From Antedon mediterranea (Eukaryota > Animalia > Echinodermata): DNA of 64,000 nucleotides. Location of the stretch: the NCBI RefSeq assembly GCF_964355755.1, contig NC_092671.1, positions 15,376,001 through 15,440,000 on the forward strand. The letters are read 5' to 3'. Of the stretch, positions 22,701 to 35,796 are shown in pieces. Position 1 is the stretch's first letter, and each line of letters opens with the position of its first letter. The position numbers and the translations under genes are program-made. The notes under the pieces were generated by a model. That model was not told where the DNA came from, searched no databases, and saw only the letters and a list, made by a program, of their open reading frames with translations.

Positions 22701-25129
22701 GTGATTTCGTTAAATCGTGCGTAGACCGCGTAATTTTTTATTGCGCACCGTGAAAACATAACCACATCGATTCCTGGCCATAAGGAATATTCTGTGAAAA
22801 ATTGACTTAGCTAGATTAAACTGATATCAAGATAAGGTCATAAAGCGATAAAACGCATAGTGATACCGGACCGACAGACAGACAGACAGACCGACAGACC
22901 GACAGACAGACAGACAGACCGACCGACCGACATAGTGAACTATAGAGTCGCTTCCACGCGACTAAAAAGAAACTTGACCGTACTATGAAAACTGCTAGTA
23001 AAATAATAGGAAGGAATGTCAATGTTACCGACGCAGTTTACAGGCGCGATGTTATTAGCCAAGAATAATGGAAGATAACTCACACCCATTGAATGATAAA
23101 TGTGTTGTTAATAAATCAGGTAGAATTCGTACTTTAATGTGCAATACCACTCGATGTAGGAAATCATTTGTCCACAACTCTATTCATGTTTCCAACACAA
23201 CATTCCAAAGATAGTTTGTTTACTTGTTTACCACTGTATATAGTTTTAATGTATTGTATTGATATTTTTAATGTTTTATATATTGTATGTGTTTTTAAGC
23301 ATCAAGGAAAACCAATTTCATGTTCGCCTTGTTGTGTTCATGACAATAAAGATTTATCTTATCTTATCTTATCTTATCTTAATACGCATGCGTATAAACT
23401 TGACGCTTTCAATTCGCGCGAACAAATTCGCCTAGGCGAAATCGGCATACAGTTGTTTTTCCATCCGTCGAATTAAAATTAGTGTTAATGTGTATTCACG
23501 TACCTTATTTAATTGGTCGGCATTGACATTCGGTTAGTATCCTGTCCAAACTCACTTACCTGATTGGTCGGCATTGACATTCAGTTAGTATCCTGTCCAA
23601 ACGACATTCAATGTAACAACCAGACAGCGTATACTGGTCATAATATGTTAGTTTGCGAGAAGATTGGCATTTCCCATGAGGAGGATCTAAGTTTGCAACC
23701 TTCAAATCGAAACAAAAGAAACAAGTTGCATAGGACGAATGAACCGTACGATAAATAAGCGAAAACCATGTTATTTATGAGATGAAAATCGCAGACGTCA
23801 ATACATGAATAACGAAGGCGCATGGAAGCAAATTAACAAACAATATAAAAACAAAAGTTGTTTTCAATCTCAGGTGGTTGGTTAGTCAATGCTATGCTGT
23901 GATTTGGTGAATGATAAACCAAGGCAATTAACAACTAGATGCTGAGCTCCGACTGCGACACTATTAGTTCCACGACCCTTAACAGACACCGCGCCGTGGA
24001 AAATAATGGTACAGTAATACTGTCGGTGTTTGTCGCAGCCAAACATAAGATCAAAGGATTGTTACGAGTTCCTATGTTGGCGTGGCGAGCTCAGTGTCCT
24101 GTAGTTATATAGCCTTGGATAAGAGCGATGTTTATGCGCATGTGTAAGAAGATGTAGCGTACAGATGCGTAGGCTGGTTACTGTTTGTGGGTTGGGGGTT
24201 GGTGGGGATCGGGAGGCGGATGGGAATATGGGGGGATGGAGGCATTGTTTGTTGGGGGTGGGCGTTAGGGTGTATATTTCTTCACTTACCTTGATACGTT
24301 TCGTAGACGTAAACGCATGGTAGCCTGGAGGAATTGAGACGCCTTTTGATTCTATGAGAGGCGGCTCGTTCTGATCGTGTACCAGTACCCTCAATCCTGC
24401 CTCGATGTTACCGTCCTTAGTCTCTGTATATTCATCCCTAATAAAACAACAATAATATTAAATATACGGAAAATACTTTTTGTCGGACCTCACATATGAA
24501 ATTAATATTAATAATTATTATTATATTTTATTTGTTTTATTTTTTTATTTTATTCAATCAAAACCAACAGCGATAATTACCGCCACAGGTTTGAAACATA
24601 AAACAATAAAACATCTAAAACAGTTAACACACAAATACAAATATATATATATAGATAAGCATGCCATTAATAATTTAAAATGATTACAATAAGTGAGGCG
24701 GTATCATACATCTGTGTTTTGATTTTTTTCATGTATGCCAAAATGTTTTTCTTTTAGGAATACCAAGCCAATTCACGGTATAGTCTAGAACCTATACTAT
24801 TCATTAGGTTGATGATTGGATTGATTGATTTAATGATTGATTGATTGATTTATTGATTGATTGACATAGTTAATATACAAGATGGTCTATTTTCAAATTC
24901 TCTACGTTCAATTGCACTATTAAAATAATACGTAGCTACTAACTATGCGCATATATAACCATATATGAATCGTATAGTAGATCTGCACGTCCTGAAACGA
25001 AAACTCCCCAAACCCACCTTTTTAACTTGCACTTTCAACATAAATGTTTTACTCTTCTTTTTATTGTTCCGCGCTTAGTAGGGGCGCCTTACATGTTGCG
25101 CTATATAAATTGAACATTATATAATTATA

Positions 25130-25161
<32 letters not shown>

Positions 25162-28100
25162 ATATTCAATACGTCATAATCAAAATTATAACTGTGTTCT
25201 TACCTGGAGTATGTTTATCATTATTTGTAGGCCATTTCCAGCTCCTGGTTGTTTTACTTTTAATATTTCGTTATCGCTCTCACCAGAATTGAATGTGTAA
25301 CAATTCCCATACGATGTGAAAATGTGAGTGAAATTCTGAAAGAATAATATAAAATGAGATACAATACACTGACACCTTTGCTGCTTATGGCGCCCCATAG
25401 CCACTTGACCATGTTAACTGTCTACTTCCAACCAAACTTTCTTGCAGCTTTATAAAAAATAATAGTATTCATACCCATAAAACTAGATCCTCCTGTAATC
25501 TCCACCCTCCCCTTACCAAATTAACATTAATGCAACATAATATCCGTTATAGTGGCACCAAATTATTTAATGATCTCCCCGACGAAATTAAATTTGCACC
25601 TTCAAAAAATACATTTCCTTTTAAACTTAAACAAATTCTACTCCATAAATAACTAATAATAATAATAAAACAACATGTTTATTCTGGTTTTTCTGTGCTT
25701 CCATAGTATTTTATTATTATTAATTTGTTGTTGTCTTGCTTTACATGTTTGTTTGTTTGTCTTGTTTTGTTTCTATTTGTTTAAACTCCAATATGATTAC
25801 AATTTCTTAACTGGCTACCCGTCACAAGTTTTTTGAAGGGAAACCTCCAAATGTTATTACTTTCTGGGTTTTGCCTCTTAATTATTTATATTTAAATCAG
25901 GGAGTTGTTATCAACTCCCTGTTTAAATTGTTATTTTGTTTACTTTGAAATTATAAGAAATAAATGTTATTATGAATGAATGAATGAACTTGCTTTAACG
26001 TCCGCATATCTGTTTCCTGGTTACACAATTCCGAAATTAACTCTAGTAAATAAATGTATACATTGACCGACGTCGTCGTGGAATTATTCTTTAATCTAGT
26101 AAAAATCTCTGTTTTTGCTCAAATGTAAGTGGGAGAGAGGAGGACACTTGCATTTTACAACATCTCGAAATTGCCTCGTCGATCACCGAGTCATCTTATT
26201 AGCAAACCTCTCAAGATTTGAGATGGGAGAATACTTGACTGACATTTCAATGCCAATCGAACGGCCGCCATCATGTAAAGTGTCTTATATTAAAAATCCA
26301 AGTAAAGGACTTTCACAATCAAATACAATAACAATAGAATGGTTGTCATTACAGTCTGTATCATTAAACTTTATACAAACATCTTCTGCACGTTTTTACA
26401 TACATTGTGTGTGCTGGTATGTTAGGGTAGGCTTTTTGTCATACCCGTCGAGTTTTGTTCCCGACATTTCAGTTCTCGTTATGTCAATCCTCTATGCCTA
26501 GTTTATATGCCTAGTTCAATGATACGCGGTTTTTCTGACAATAATATACCGAATGTCCGAAATCGAAATCTATCTGGTATGCGATCGGGCCTCGATTCAT
26601 GTTCCCACAACAACCAGGAGAACCTCTGCTGACAGGTTTTTTTGGCGTCTCAGGTCCACTGGTTATGGAACGATCTTCCAGTTTCAATTCGGTCTGAAAG
26701 TAACTTTGATAGTTTTAAGCGTAAACTATAAAATCTTTTATGGAACATAATTTCGATGTACAGCGCTTTTGATAATGGTTTCATTCTAAGAGCGCTATAT
26801 ATATTGAGTAATGTAATGTAAAGGTATTCCATATTCTAATTTAACTTATCAAAGCTTATCATCTAAATGAAATATACATACAAACAGGTATACTAGTGCT
26901 TATTATTGTTGGCTAGGAAATATGAAATTCGTCTCTTGATAAATAAACGAATTGTGTGAGGTAGGCTATATAGAAATGCAAATGATGGAGTTGATTACAT
27001 CCGTAGCAAGTACACCCACATTTCTTTCTTCTTGTTTATTAAGACCAGTTTTAGTAATTAAAGTACAATTTATTTTGTTTTCTGGTTGGATTTACCCGTT
27101 AGCTAAAATTTGAGAGCAAGTCGTTATTGGCACTGTACTTATATTAATTAGAGTCATGTTTTTTATTTATTATTTATTTATTACAGTATATAAAATGTAC
27201 AAAAGTAATAGCACACAGCTAATAATGTTTGTATTACAAAAACAAATATTGAAAGAAAATCTATAAAAATACAACAATAAATTCGGAAAATACAATTACT
27301 AAATTGCACAATTATTCACTGTAATTTACAATATTAAGAATCTTAAAGTATATACAAAATTTTGGAAAATACAATTTCGTTTTAACTAAAAAAAAAAAAG
27401 AAAAAAAATTGTTATTATTATTATCTTTTAGTATAGCTGGAAATATTGCACAATTATTCACTATAATATTCAAAACATTAAAAATCTACAAAAATATATA
27501 TATATAAATTTCGGAAAATACAAATACAATGCTAATTAAAAAATAATAGTAAACATATTTACAATATTATATTAAACGTTGCCTGCAGTGCTTTATTTGA
27601 TTATTTTAGGCGGTAATATTTTGCACAATCATTCATTATTTTTTAATTTAATTTTTCATAGGAGGAATTTAATTTGTTTATAGTATAGGGAATCTTTGAA
27701 TTTTTATATCAGTTAGTTCTTATTTTAGGTAATGTAAATCTATTGGGGTTACGTAATCTAGATATATTTGGTCTTTCAGCAGGCAGCATATTACGATGCC
27801 TCTCTGACTTAAGGATACCTTCTCCAAATGTTAATGTTAATTTTCCTCTACGTTCAGCAAGTCTGGTAATTTTAAGTTGAGTAAGGGCCGTATCATAGCT
27901 CTCATAGTCCTGGCCAAGTATAATTTTGCATGCTCGCCTCTGTAACCTCTAAATTTCATTGGTCTGATGTTTTGTAATGCTAGAGTGCCAAACAACACAT
28001 GCATACTCAGTCAGCGGTCGAATATAGAGTTGATAAATACTTAACATATCACCAATAGGTGCACTATAGCCTCTTAATATGCATAAAGAAGAAACATTCT

Positions 28101-29791
28101 TCTATTTGCTCTAGATATAATACTTTTGATTTGGATATCCCAACATAAGTTGTCTTGTAGACCTAATAATTTTATGTTATGTACAGTATCAATATTTTCA
28201 CCACTTATAGTAAGTTAGGAGTAGTTTATTTGAGATTTCATAAAATTTATATTAATAACATAGCATTTAGATCTTGGGTAGCATGTCATCTTGTTTACAT
28301 CAACCACCCATGGAATCTAAATGGAATTGGAGTTCTGATGATTTACTATTATTTGTTATATTAATTATTTCTCTCAGTGTTAGATCATCCACAAATTTCC
28401 AACGATTATCAGTGGTGTTACTCGCATCATTCACCATCACGGTAAATATGCTGGGTTCCAGTTAGGTACCCGGGGGACCCCACACGTTATAGTTCTTAGT
28501 TCAGAACAATGTCCCTTAAATTTCACACACTGGGTGCGATTCATCAGAAAACCGCTAATCGTTGGAATTATCGACGGTCTAACACCAGATTCTATCATCT
28601 TTGAAATAGCAACATTATGGTTTATCCTATCAAACGCAGTTGTGAAATCAACTGTACATAATGTGGCATAGGTCCCTGGCACAATAATATTGAATATAAC
28701 CGTATTTAACATATCTACTAAGTAATTTGTTGTACTTGTTCCTCTCACGTTATTATACTGTTTACAATCCAATACTGGTTCGAAATTCGTTTTTAATCAT
28801 CCCGCTAGGAAATGATTCAAATACTCTACCCAATATTGTAGTTAGTTAATTTAGTGAAAAAGGTCGTAATTGGCCAACCATTGTCGGTTTCTTAACTTTA
28901 CATACTGGTACACAATTGATGCGGTCTTCCACACAGTTGGGAACACCCCTTCGTTTAGACAGATTAAAGATTAACTATAGGGGTTGTGCTATTTCAAAAG
29001 AAAACAGCTTAATGAGTTTCACCGGAATATCATCTGGGTGGCCATATTTATTGTAGTTTAATTGTTTAACCTCTTCCACATTTCTCCATGGTATATCTTG
29101 GGGGTGGGGGGGGGGGGGGGGGTGGTTTTGTAGGCAAGTACGAGGGAAGTGTTTCCAATCTGAGTGGTGGAAGTTGGCAACATACTCTTGAAAAATGCTC
29201 ATTCATTTTTTCAGCCTGTTCTTCAACAGATTCACAATAATTATTTAATTTAATATTGTCCGACTTATTGTTATATCTTGTAATTTTTTTAATTTTTTTT
29301 TATTCCATTTACTGGGTTGTGAATTGTTTAGTCCTATATTATCCTTATAATGTTTCTCTTTAGCTTTGTTAATTTCATACTTTACTTTGTTTTTTAGGCT
29401 TCGCCATGAAATTATATTATTAGATCTATATGCCTTTTGTCGCTCATCAATCAATTTATGTATGCGATAGTTCATCCACGGCTTTTCATTATTTCGTCGT
29501 CGATTTACTGTACGTGAAAGTAAGTAACAGTGTTGGCAGATCGAGAATATAAGACTCTCTGGCAAATATATTACTTAAGAAAATAACAGCTTGTTCATTT
29601 ATTATTTTTCACACTACCATCCGTGTGTAATTGATCATGGATTTCTAAATAATAACGCAAACATGTCACAGGTAGTGTTTTATATTTGTAAATGTCAGGC
29701 AATCTTTATCTTTTATTATGAACATGATATAGTAAGTATTTTAGATATACAAGCCCATAGACAGGATGGTTACAAGGGGTTACCCCCACCC

Positions 29792-29830
<39 letters not shown>

Positions 29831-31198
29831 CAACTGAAGAAAAGATGTAGAACTATAGCCTAGTATAGATGAGAATAGAATGCCCGGCTATAGCAGGGTA
29901 GGGTTGCCCAAAACATTTTCATGAGTTGACCTATTTACTAGCTCTTAAGTTGAGTGTTGAGTTTTGAAAAGGGCACTTCAGGAAAAAGGGGTTCTTTAGA
30001 ACTTTACGACCCCCCTCCTCTGACAACAGTTTATGAGTAATGCAATGGAACTCTACATACCTCTATTTTTCTGCTAGTTTGGTGAACATTTGGAATGAAA
30101 AAACAATGACGTAAACAAAAACATAGTCGAGCGTAGCTACTTACTGCAGCAGAACATGTCTGGTCCAGCCATTTACAGGACTTTACTGTTTCATTGTCCA
30201 GTTGAAAGCCCACCCTCCTCGTGAATTCCGATGTGTTAAACGGTTCGCTTCCGAAGATATCCGAATAGTTCACAAGGTCCGATTCCGAGTAATAATCGTA
30301 ATCTTCGGCTTCCCATAAGTATTCGATGATCTTTCGTTCGTCTTCTGTCAGATATGAATTGCGGTACCTGTAATGAAAACAGTTTTTTTACTTTTTTTAT
30401 TTTTTACATTTTGATTCTACAGTTACTGCAGTAATTGTACGTTAACAACTTTAGCATAGGCATAGCTGACGGTCTACATCATCTCCTTCTATCTCAAACC
30501 CTGCAACTATAGAGTAGACTATAGCATAATCACATCTCAAAATTACCTCTAATGATTACCTCAAATGATTCTAAAGCTTGGTTCCCACTTGGACGCAGCG
30601 CAAGGACGTAAACGCAACATAAGCATGTTGAACAATGACAAGCGACAGAATAATCCATCGCATATGATTGGTCAACTCACTTACGTTGCGTCTACGTCCT
30701 GTGTTGCGTCCTAATGGGAACCAAGCTTTAGGCTCTGTCTACCCCATCAAATGTTATGTGACAAAAAAATGTACCTATATATGGACATGATGATGTCATA
30801 TCACTACCTTTGGAAATATCACTACCATATTTGGGCACATATTTTTGTAAAACTAGTTAGAATAGATAGTGTAGACAGAGCTTAAGATATAATTAAAGTA
30901 GGTTATGTTAAATAATATACCTGTTAAAATTACATATCGTAACTGCTGGAAAGTCCATTTCAGATAGGAAGGATAACTTAATCTCTGTGTTTACATTGAA
31001 TTGAATATATTCATCAATGCGTAGTACAATCTGCCAGGTGCATACGCCAAGTCCGCCTAGGAACACCAGCAACCAGAGCACCTTAATGATAAATGCTTTA
31101 CTTGTTGCAATGTATTGTACCCCATGTAGGGTGGTTGTGGTAGCAAAATCTTCGTCAACTGTAGTCTGCTCTTTTTCCGCCATTTCAATACCACTCAT
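19762..31198 (-). CDS. ASIC-like DEG/ENaC sodium channel subunit, about 457 aa
   Basis: Exons 30921-31198, 30145-30367, 25204-25335, 24290-24437, 23560-23699, 21649-21713, 20738-20879, 20254-20345, 19762-19916. Motifs TTLHG, TM1, FPAVTICNFNR, YGNCYTFN, GLRVLVHDQNEPP, Cys-rich thumb (CYIEC, CQCRP, CDCPVPC), LLSDIGGQLGLFIGAS. One junction (exon 3/4) is out of phase by 1 nt. Confidence 0.9.
19969..20114. mobile_element. MITE family A
   Basis: agctctgtctacactatcaaac...gtttgacagtgtagacagagct. Confidence 0.8.
20487..20613. mobile_element. MITE family B (AGCTTGGTTCCCACT TIR), partial
   Basis: Shares gacgcaacgcaa...tgattggtca...tagtgggaaccaagc with the copies at 30575-30727 and 15305-15489. Confidence 0.65.
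20917..21550 (-). mobile_element. Helentron-associated (HINE/DINE-1-like) element
   Basis: Minus strand: TTTT-ACTCGGGGTAC subTIR at the 5' end, and the complementary subTIR plus a GCAC-ATTC-GTGC hairpin and TTG at the 3' end. A shorter copy is at 44835-45179. Confidence 0.7.
22044..23381 (+). mobile_element. 5'-truncated Rex1/Babar-like LINE 3' end with TSD, split by a HINE
   Basis: FHQSVILSVVTFNCVVWYNSLSAIND | KKKLDRTMKTASKIIG...SHPL...SGR...TTRCRKSF. Tail is AATAAA plus (TTATC)n. TSD ATACGCATGCGTA at about 22031-22043 and 23382-23394. Confidence 0.8.
22163..22967 (-). mobile_element. Helentron-associated HINE/DINE-1-like element with a (GTCT/GTCG)n microsatellite
   Basis: 5' TTTTT-AGTCGCGTGGAAGCGACT then a GTCY microsatellite; 3' CACGCGACT subTIR, GGCTGTTGGCC hairpin and TTGTT. 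Inserted at an A/T run without TSD. Confidence 0.75.
25410..25990 (+). mobile_element. L2/CR1-group LINE 3' end remnant
   Basis: HTHKTRSS...APKLFNDLPDEIK...FKLKQILL followed by stop, a T-rich 3' UTR, AATAAA and a (TGAA)n tail. Confidence 0.7.
26595..26822 (+). mobile_element. L2-type LINE 3' end remnant
   Basis: ADRFF...GP..WNDLP.SIR...SFKRKL, then tgtacagcgc...agcgctata and a (gtaat)n tail. Confidence 0.65.
27640..29520 (-). mobile_element. Degraded CR1/L2-group LINE ORF2
   Basis: KPWMN, PDDIPVKL, STTNYL, VDFTTAFDRINH, GVP, FVDD and RACKIILG motifs, broken by many frameshifts. Confidence 0.85.
30575..30882. mobile_element. Abutting MITEs: family B (30575-30727) and family A (30731-30882), sharing a TTA site
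   Basis: TAA-agcttggttcccact...tgggaaccaagct-TTA-ggctctgtctac...gtagacagagct-TAA. Confidence 0.8.
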
Positions 31199-31500
31199 GA
31201 GCTGCACGAAGAAACAATTAACTCACTAGTCTCAAACTTTTCTGCAAGTTTGGGATGTTTCGCATTAAAATGTGTACACCTTAGTTTTCTACACCTTCTT
31301 TATTGAAATCTACTAATGTGGTTCTTCAATATTTTATTTCAAACTCCACTAAATAATCCGTCGATAAAGATGATTACTGCACTTCTTGCGTGACGTGTCG
31401 ATACCACCACCACCTCACTTAATAATATTTAACTGAGACACAGTCAACAAAACTGAATCGCAAGATCGATGAACTCATGACGTCTCATTGATGCAGTTTC

Positions 31501-34228
31501 TTTTTTTTTTGTCTTGTGTGAGTTCATCTCACGTTTATTTAAATTCTCATTGGTGAATATATTATATACATATAAGTACATTTGTGACAATTAAAAGTAA
31601 GTGTATAAAGTAGTTAAAATACAGGTATATTTACATAATAAGATGCTTGAATTCAGTATTAACCATATTTGTTTTCATTAAAATTTTAGATACGATGTTA
31701 ATTAAAATGTCAAAATGAAAAATGGCGGTAAAATACATGATTAAAATTTTCTTGTTAAACTATCTTATTTGTGATCTTATTTGTGTTCGAGTAGAGAGGC
31801 TATAAACTCAGGGGAGGAAAATGTAGTATCCTCCCTTTTCACCAAGATAAAAAGGATGAAATGAAAAAGAGGGATGCAAAAGTTTGAAAGTTAGATATTT
31901 AGAATGATAACGTGCAATGATATATTTAATGAAAACCGTAAATTCTAGTTCTTTATATATTATGGAGGATTTATATATACAAAAAGTAAAAACTGAAATT
32001 AATTCGTTTACAAGTTTGTTTGTTGTTCCCAAAATTACATTAACCCACTTTGGGAAGTCTTGCTATACTGTAACCTCATTTGGAAGACACTGAACCAGCA
32101 TATCTTTAAACTTTTTCCAGACAGGTTGAATAGTTTTACACGCAATTAATAAGTGTTTTTCATTTTCTATATGATTCTTACACTTATTACATTTGTCTGT
32201 TGTGGATAATTTCCATCTTTTTAGTCTTTTTTTACATATAAGGATTCGATGTAACAACTTAAAATTAAATTGAGCTACTTTTACCATATGTTTCATTCTA
32301 CATACTTTTCTATTCCATATTTCATTCCAGTCAATAATTTCATCTCTAAATTCTATTTCCCATTTCATTTGAGGATTTCGAATAATACATATATCATTTA
32401 ATAAACTGCTTATAATAGTAAGACGATCTTATCCTATTATGAAATATATTATGTTCTCTTAATTGTATATCTATGCGTGCATTTTCCAACCTTATTTGTT
32501 CTTTCCATATATCAGGTATTGCATTTATTGTTGCAACGTATTCAATTAATCCATTCTGTTTATTCGACAGAGTTGGAATAAATTCTGCTGCAGTCAATAA
32601 CCTGTTATTAACGACTATATCATTTACTCTTTTGTATCCAGAGTTTAACCAGGTGTTGAAATATAGAGATTTTCCCTCAATTGATGTTATAAATTTGTTT
32701 TCCCATAAGTGTTGTGACCTAATTTCTTGTATATTTTGCGGCTCTAAACAATATACAAAATTGTTTAACTTTACAGCTGCTTTCAACATATTCATATAAA
32801 ATACTGGCATATTTTTTAATTTAGTATGCGCTTCAGTATTTAATTTACTACAATTCGCAGTATAATCAACTGGATGCATATAGTAGTTTGGAATACATTT
32901 CCAAATACATAGGTTAGGATTTAACAGTCTCTTAACCCAACTCAACTTCAGAGAGTCCATTAAGATATTAAAATTCACCATATTTATACCACCTTTATCT
33001 ACTGTGTTTATACGAGTTTTTCTTTTAATTTTTTCCATTTTTTCCTCCCCACAAAAATCTAAATAACAATGTATCAACTTTTGGAAAGATATAAGATGGT
33101 ACATCTATTATACAAGTATTGTATATTAATTTCGAAATGGCAAGAGATTTTATTACTGTTACCTTGCCAAAAAACGTAAGGTTTGGTTTTTCCCATAGTT
33201 TTAGTGTATTCTCTAATTTTAAAACTGTATCATCCCAATTTCGTTTAACACAAGTATGTTTATCATACCCTACGTAGATTCCAAGGAATTTCACTGGTTC
33301 TTTGGTCCATTTGATATTAAATGGCGATGTTTGTTTGTTTTTATTTGCTCCAATCCAAATTCCTTTCGATTTACTTTTATTTAACCTTAAACCTGATATT
33401 GAACAGAACATTTCAATTTCATACAGAAAATGGTTTAAACTAATTTCATCCTTTGTAAATATTACAGTATCGTCAGCTAGTTGAGCTATTTTAACAATAT
33501 GATCTTCATTTTCTACTTTAGGTAATTCTATTCCTTTACATAGTGGGTTTTTTCTTATATTAGTTGCCATTATCTCAGCAATTAATAAAAAAAAGTAAAG
33601 CAGACAAAGGACAACCCTGTCTTACACCACATCTCATATTGAATCTTTCAGATATCCAACCACTGTGGGTTACAAGGCATTGTGTATCTGTATATATAGT
33701 TTTTATCCAGTTAATAAATGACTGTCCAAAACCATATTTTTTCAGACATATAAACATTAAATTTTCTATCTATAGAATCAAACGCCTTGGCAAAGTCTAG
33801 AAAAACTATTGCACCTGGCTGATTGTTATTTTCTGTATATGACAATACATCTTCTACTAACCTAATATTCTCTCCTCCAAATCTCCCTTTAACATAACCT
33901 TTCTGATCATATCCAATTTACAATTTGCATTCTATTGGAGAGAACATGAGCCATTACTTTATAATCTACATTCAGTAGTGTTATAGGCCTCCAGTTTTCT
34001 AGTTTTTCTCTTTGTCCGCCTTTAAACAATAGATTTATAATACCTAGTCTTTGTGAGCCGCCTAATCTTTTGCTAATATAGCAGTAATTCAAAGCGTCAC
34101 ATAACATATCTTTAATATTAACCCAAAAATGTCTATAAAATTCAACACTCAAACCATCCGAACCTGGACTTTTGTTGAGTTTCATTTTTTCTATAGCATT
34201 TGTAAGTTCTTCTACTGATATTAATCCT
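31501..34228 (-). mobile_element. 5'-truncated Tx1/L1-clade LINE (ORF2 RT plus zf-RVT), frameshifted, with poly(A) tail and 17-bp TSD
   Basis: KSPGSDGL, NWRPITLLNVDYK, GVRQGCPLSALLF, QLADD, KFLGI, and C-terminal CNKC...HLLIAC. TSD TCATTGATGCAGTTTCT at 31485-31501 and 34229-34245. T-run at 31501-31510. Confidence 0.93.
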
Positions 34229-34369
34229 TCATTGATGCAGTTTCTAATAATGTCTGAAAGGGTAACGAGCTTGTATTTCTGCAGGAAGAATAGGTCTTTA
34301 AAAGTGAAATAACACTAATCATCATATATATATATATAATAATAATAAAATAATAAATAATAAAATAAT

Positions 34370-34975
34370 ACACAGGCTAATAAAGCACTTTTCTCACTCA
34401 AAAATATAGTATATCAGAAATATGGACATCTACCAGTGAATATTTGGAACTACTTATTTGATGTTAAAATAAATCCAATTATACTGTATGGTAGTGAAAT
34501 ATGGGGAAAACTAAACAACAACAAAATTGATGATATTCAAAATAATTTCTGTAGATATGTTTTAGGGGTCTGGAAATCAGCCACAAATGTTTCAATTAGA
34601 GGAGAATGTGGACGATTCTCTTTATCAATCGAAAGTTCACTCAATGTTATTCGTTATTGGGTAAGACTAGTAAATATGAACGAGGACAAATATGCGAAGA
34701 AATGTTATAAATCTCAACTTCGTAAAGCGCAAAATAATAGTAATTGTTGGGTAAGCAATGTAAAACATATGTTATGCTCTATTGGTCATGGAAACATATG
34801 GTTTTCACAAAATAATGTCCTTGATAAATTTTATATAATTAATAAAATAAAAGAAAGGCTAACCGATATGGAACGCCAATCCTTTCATGAAAGCATAAAT
34901 ATTTCTTCAAAATTAAGATATTATAAAATGTTCAAAAACAATTTCGGAGTAGATGGATACTTTTTATCGTATTGT
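34370..34975 (+). mobile_element. Non-LTR retrotransposon ORF2 C-terminal fragment
   Basis: QANKALFSL...LFDVKINPIILYGSEIWG...FCRYVLGV...RGECGR...SKLRYY is a typical post-RT LINE region. Clade not determined. Confidence 0.75.
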
Positions 34976-35783
34976 TTTTTATATATATATATCAGTAAGA
35001 TTGTCTTAAACTGTAAATAACTACAGTAAAAAGTGTTCATAATGTCACTACTTTTTAGTATTAATACAATTTGGATTAGCACATTTACTAGAAAAAAAAC
35101 ATAAAACCTTTGAGAATTCTCAACAGCCAGAATGGTGGGAATCAAAAAACACAAACAAAAAGGGCTTCAGGTTTTCGGCCAAATTATGCTAAATTGTGTA
35201 AAAATTAAGTCAGAATTTTTTTTTAATATGACAGATGCTAAATCGTGGTGATGCTGTAGAATTGCGTTTCAAATTATGCCAGATTTTCTAATGCCTAGCA
35301 TAAATGCTAGATGACAAATGGGTCAAAATTATGCCAGATAGCATAGTTATGCCAGATTTGGCCACTATGGGGCTGAACTGCCTTTGGTGAAGGGGAACTT
35401 GCGTAATAAGGACCGTTGGTGGGTGATGCGAAATCATGTGGTGACGAAGACCTTGATTGAGCAGTTTTGTAACTTTTGCCATATCTACATTTATACGTTT
35501 TCTTTATCTGTAATAATCAAAATAAATTGTATATTAAAATAAATTGTATATTGCTAGAATGCTTGTTATATTGCTCATAATTTTAGTCGTTTTATAATAA
35601 ATTGTAGCACTTGGGGAAGACAGATCTTTACGAAAACAAGTCTATCCCCCTCAATTTGGAAAAGTTTAAAGCTTTTTATAGAGGGCGCTGAAATCAATTT
35701 AATTAAGCAATTATGATAGTCTTTGTTGTACAGTCACTACTTACACCTCAAGCAGACCGTGACTGGATGGTAAAAGTCTAGAC

Positions 35784-35796
35784 GTTGCCTAGCGAA
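35784..35796 (+). promoter_or_regulatory. Putative RFX X-box at the DNAH6 promoter; putative non-coding exon 1 ends at the donor near 35938
   Basis: GTTGCCTAGCGAA resembles the X-box GTTGCCTAGCAAC. A G|GTAAGA donor lies at 35938/9 and a tttcag acceptor at 36651. Confidence 0.5.

Noticed and set aside
22004-23022. ORFs with SVCLSVGP repeats resembling membrane peptides
   Set aside because: They are translations of the GTCT/GTCG microsatellite in the HINE element.
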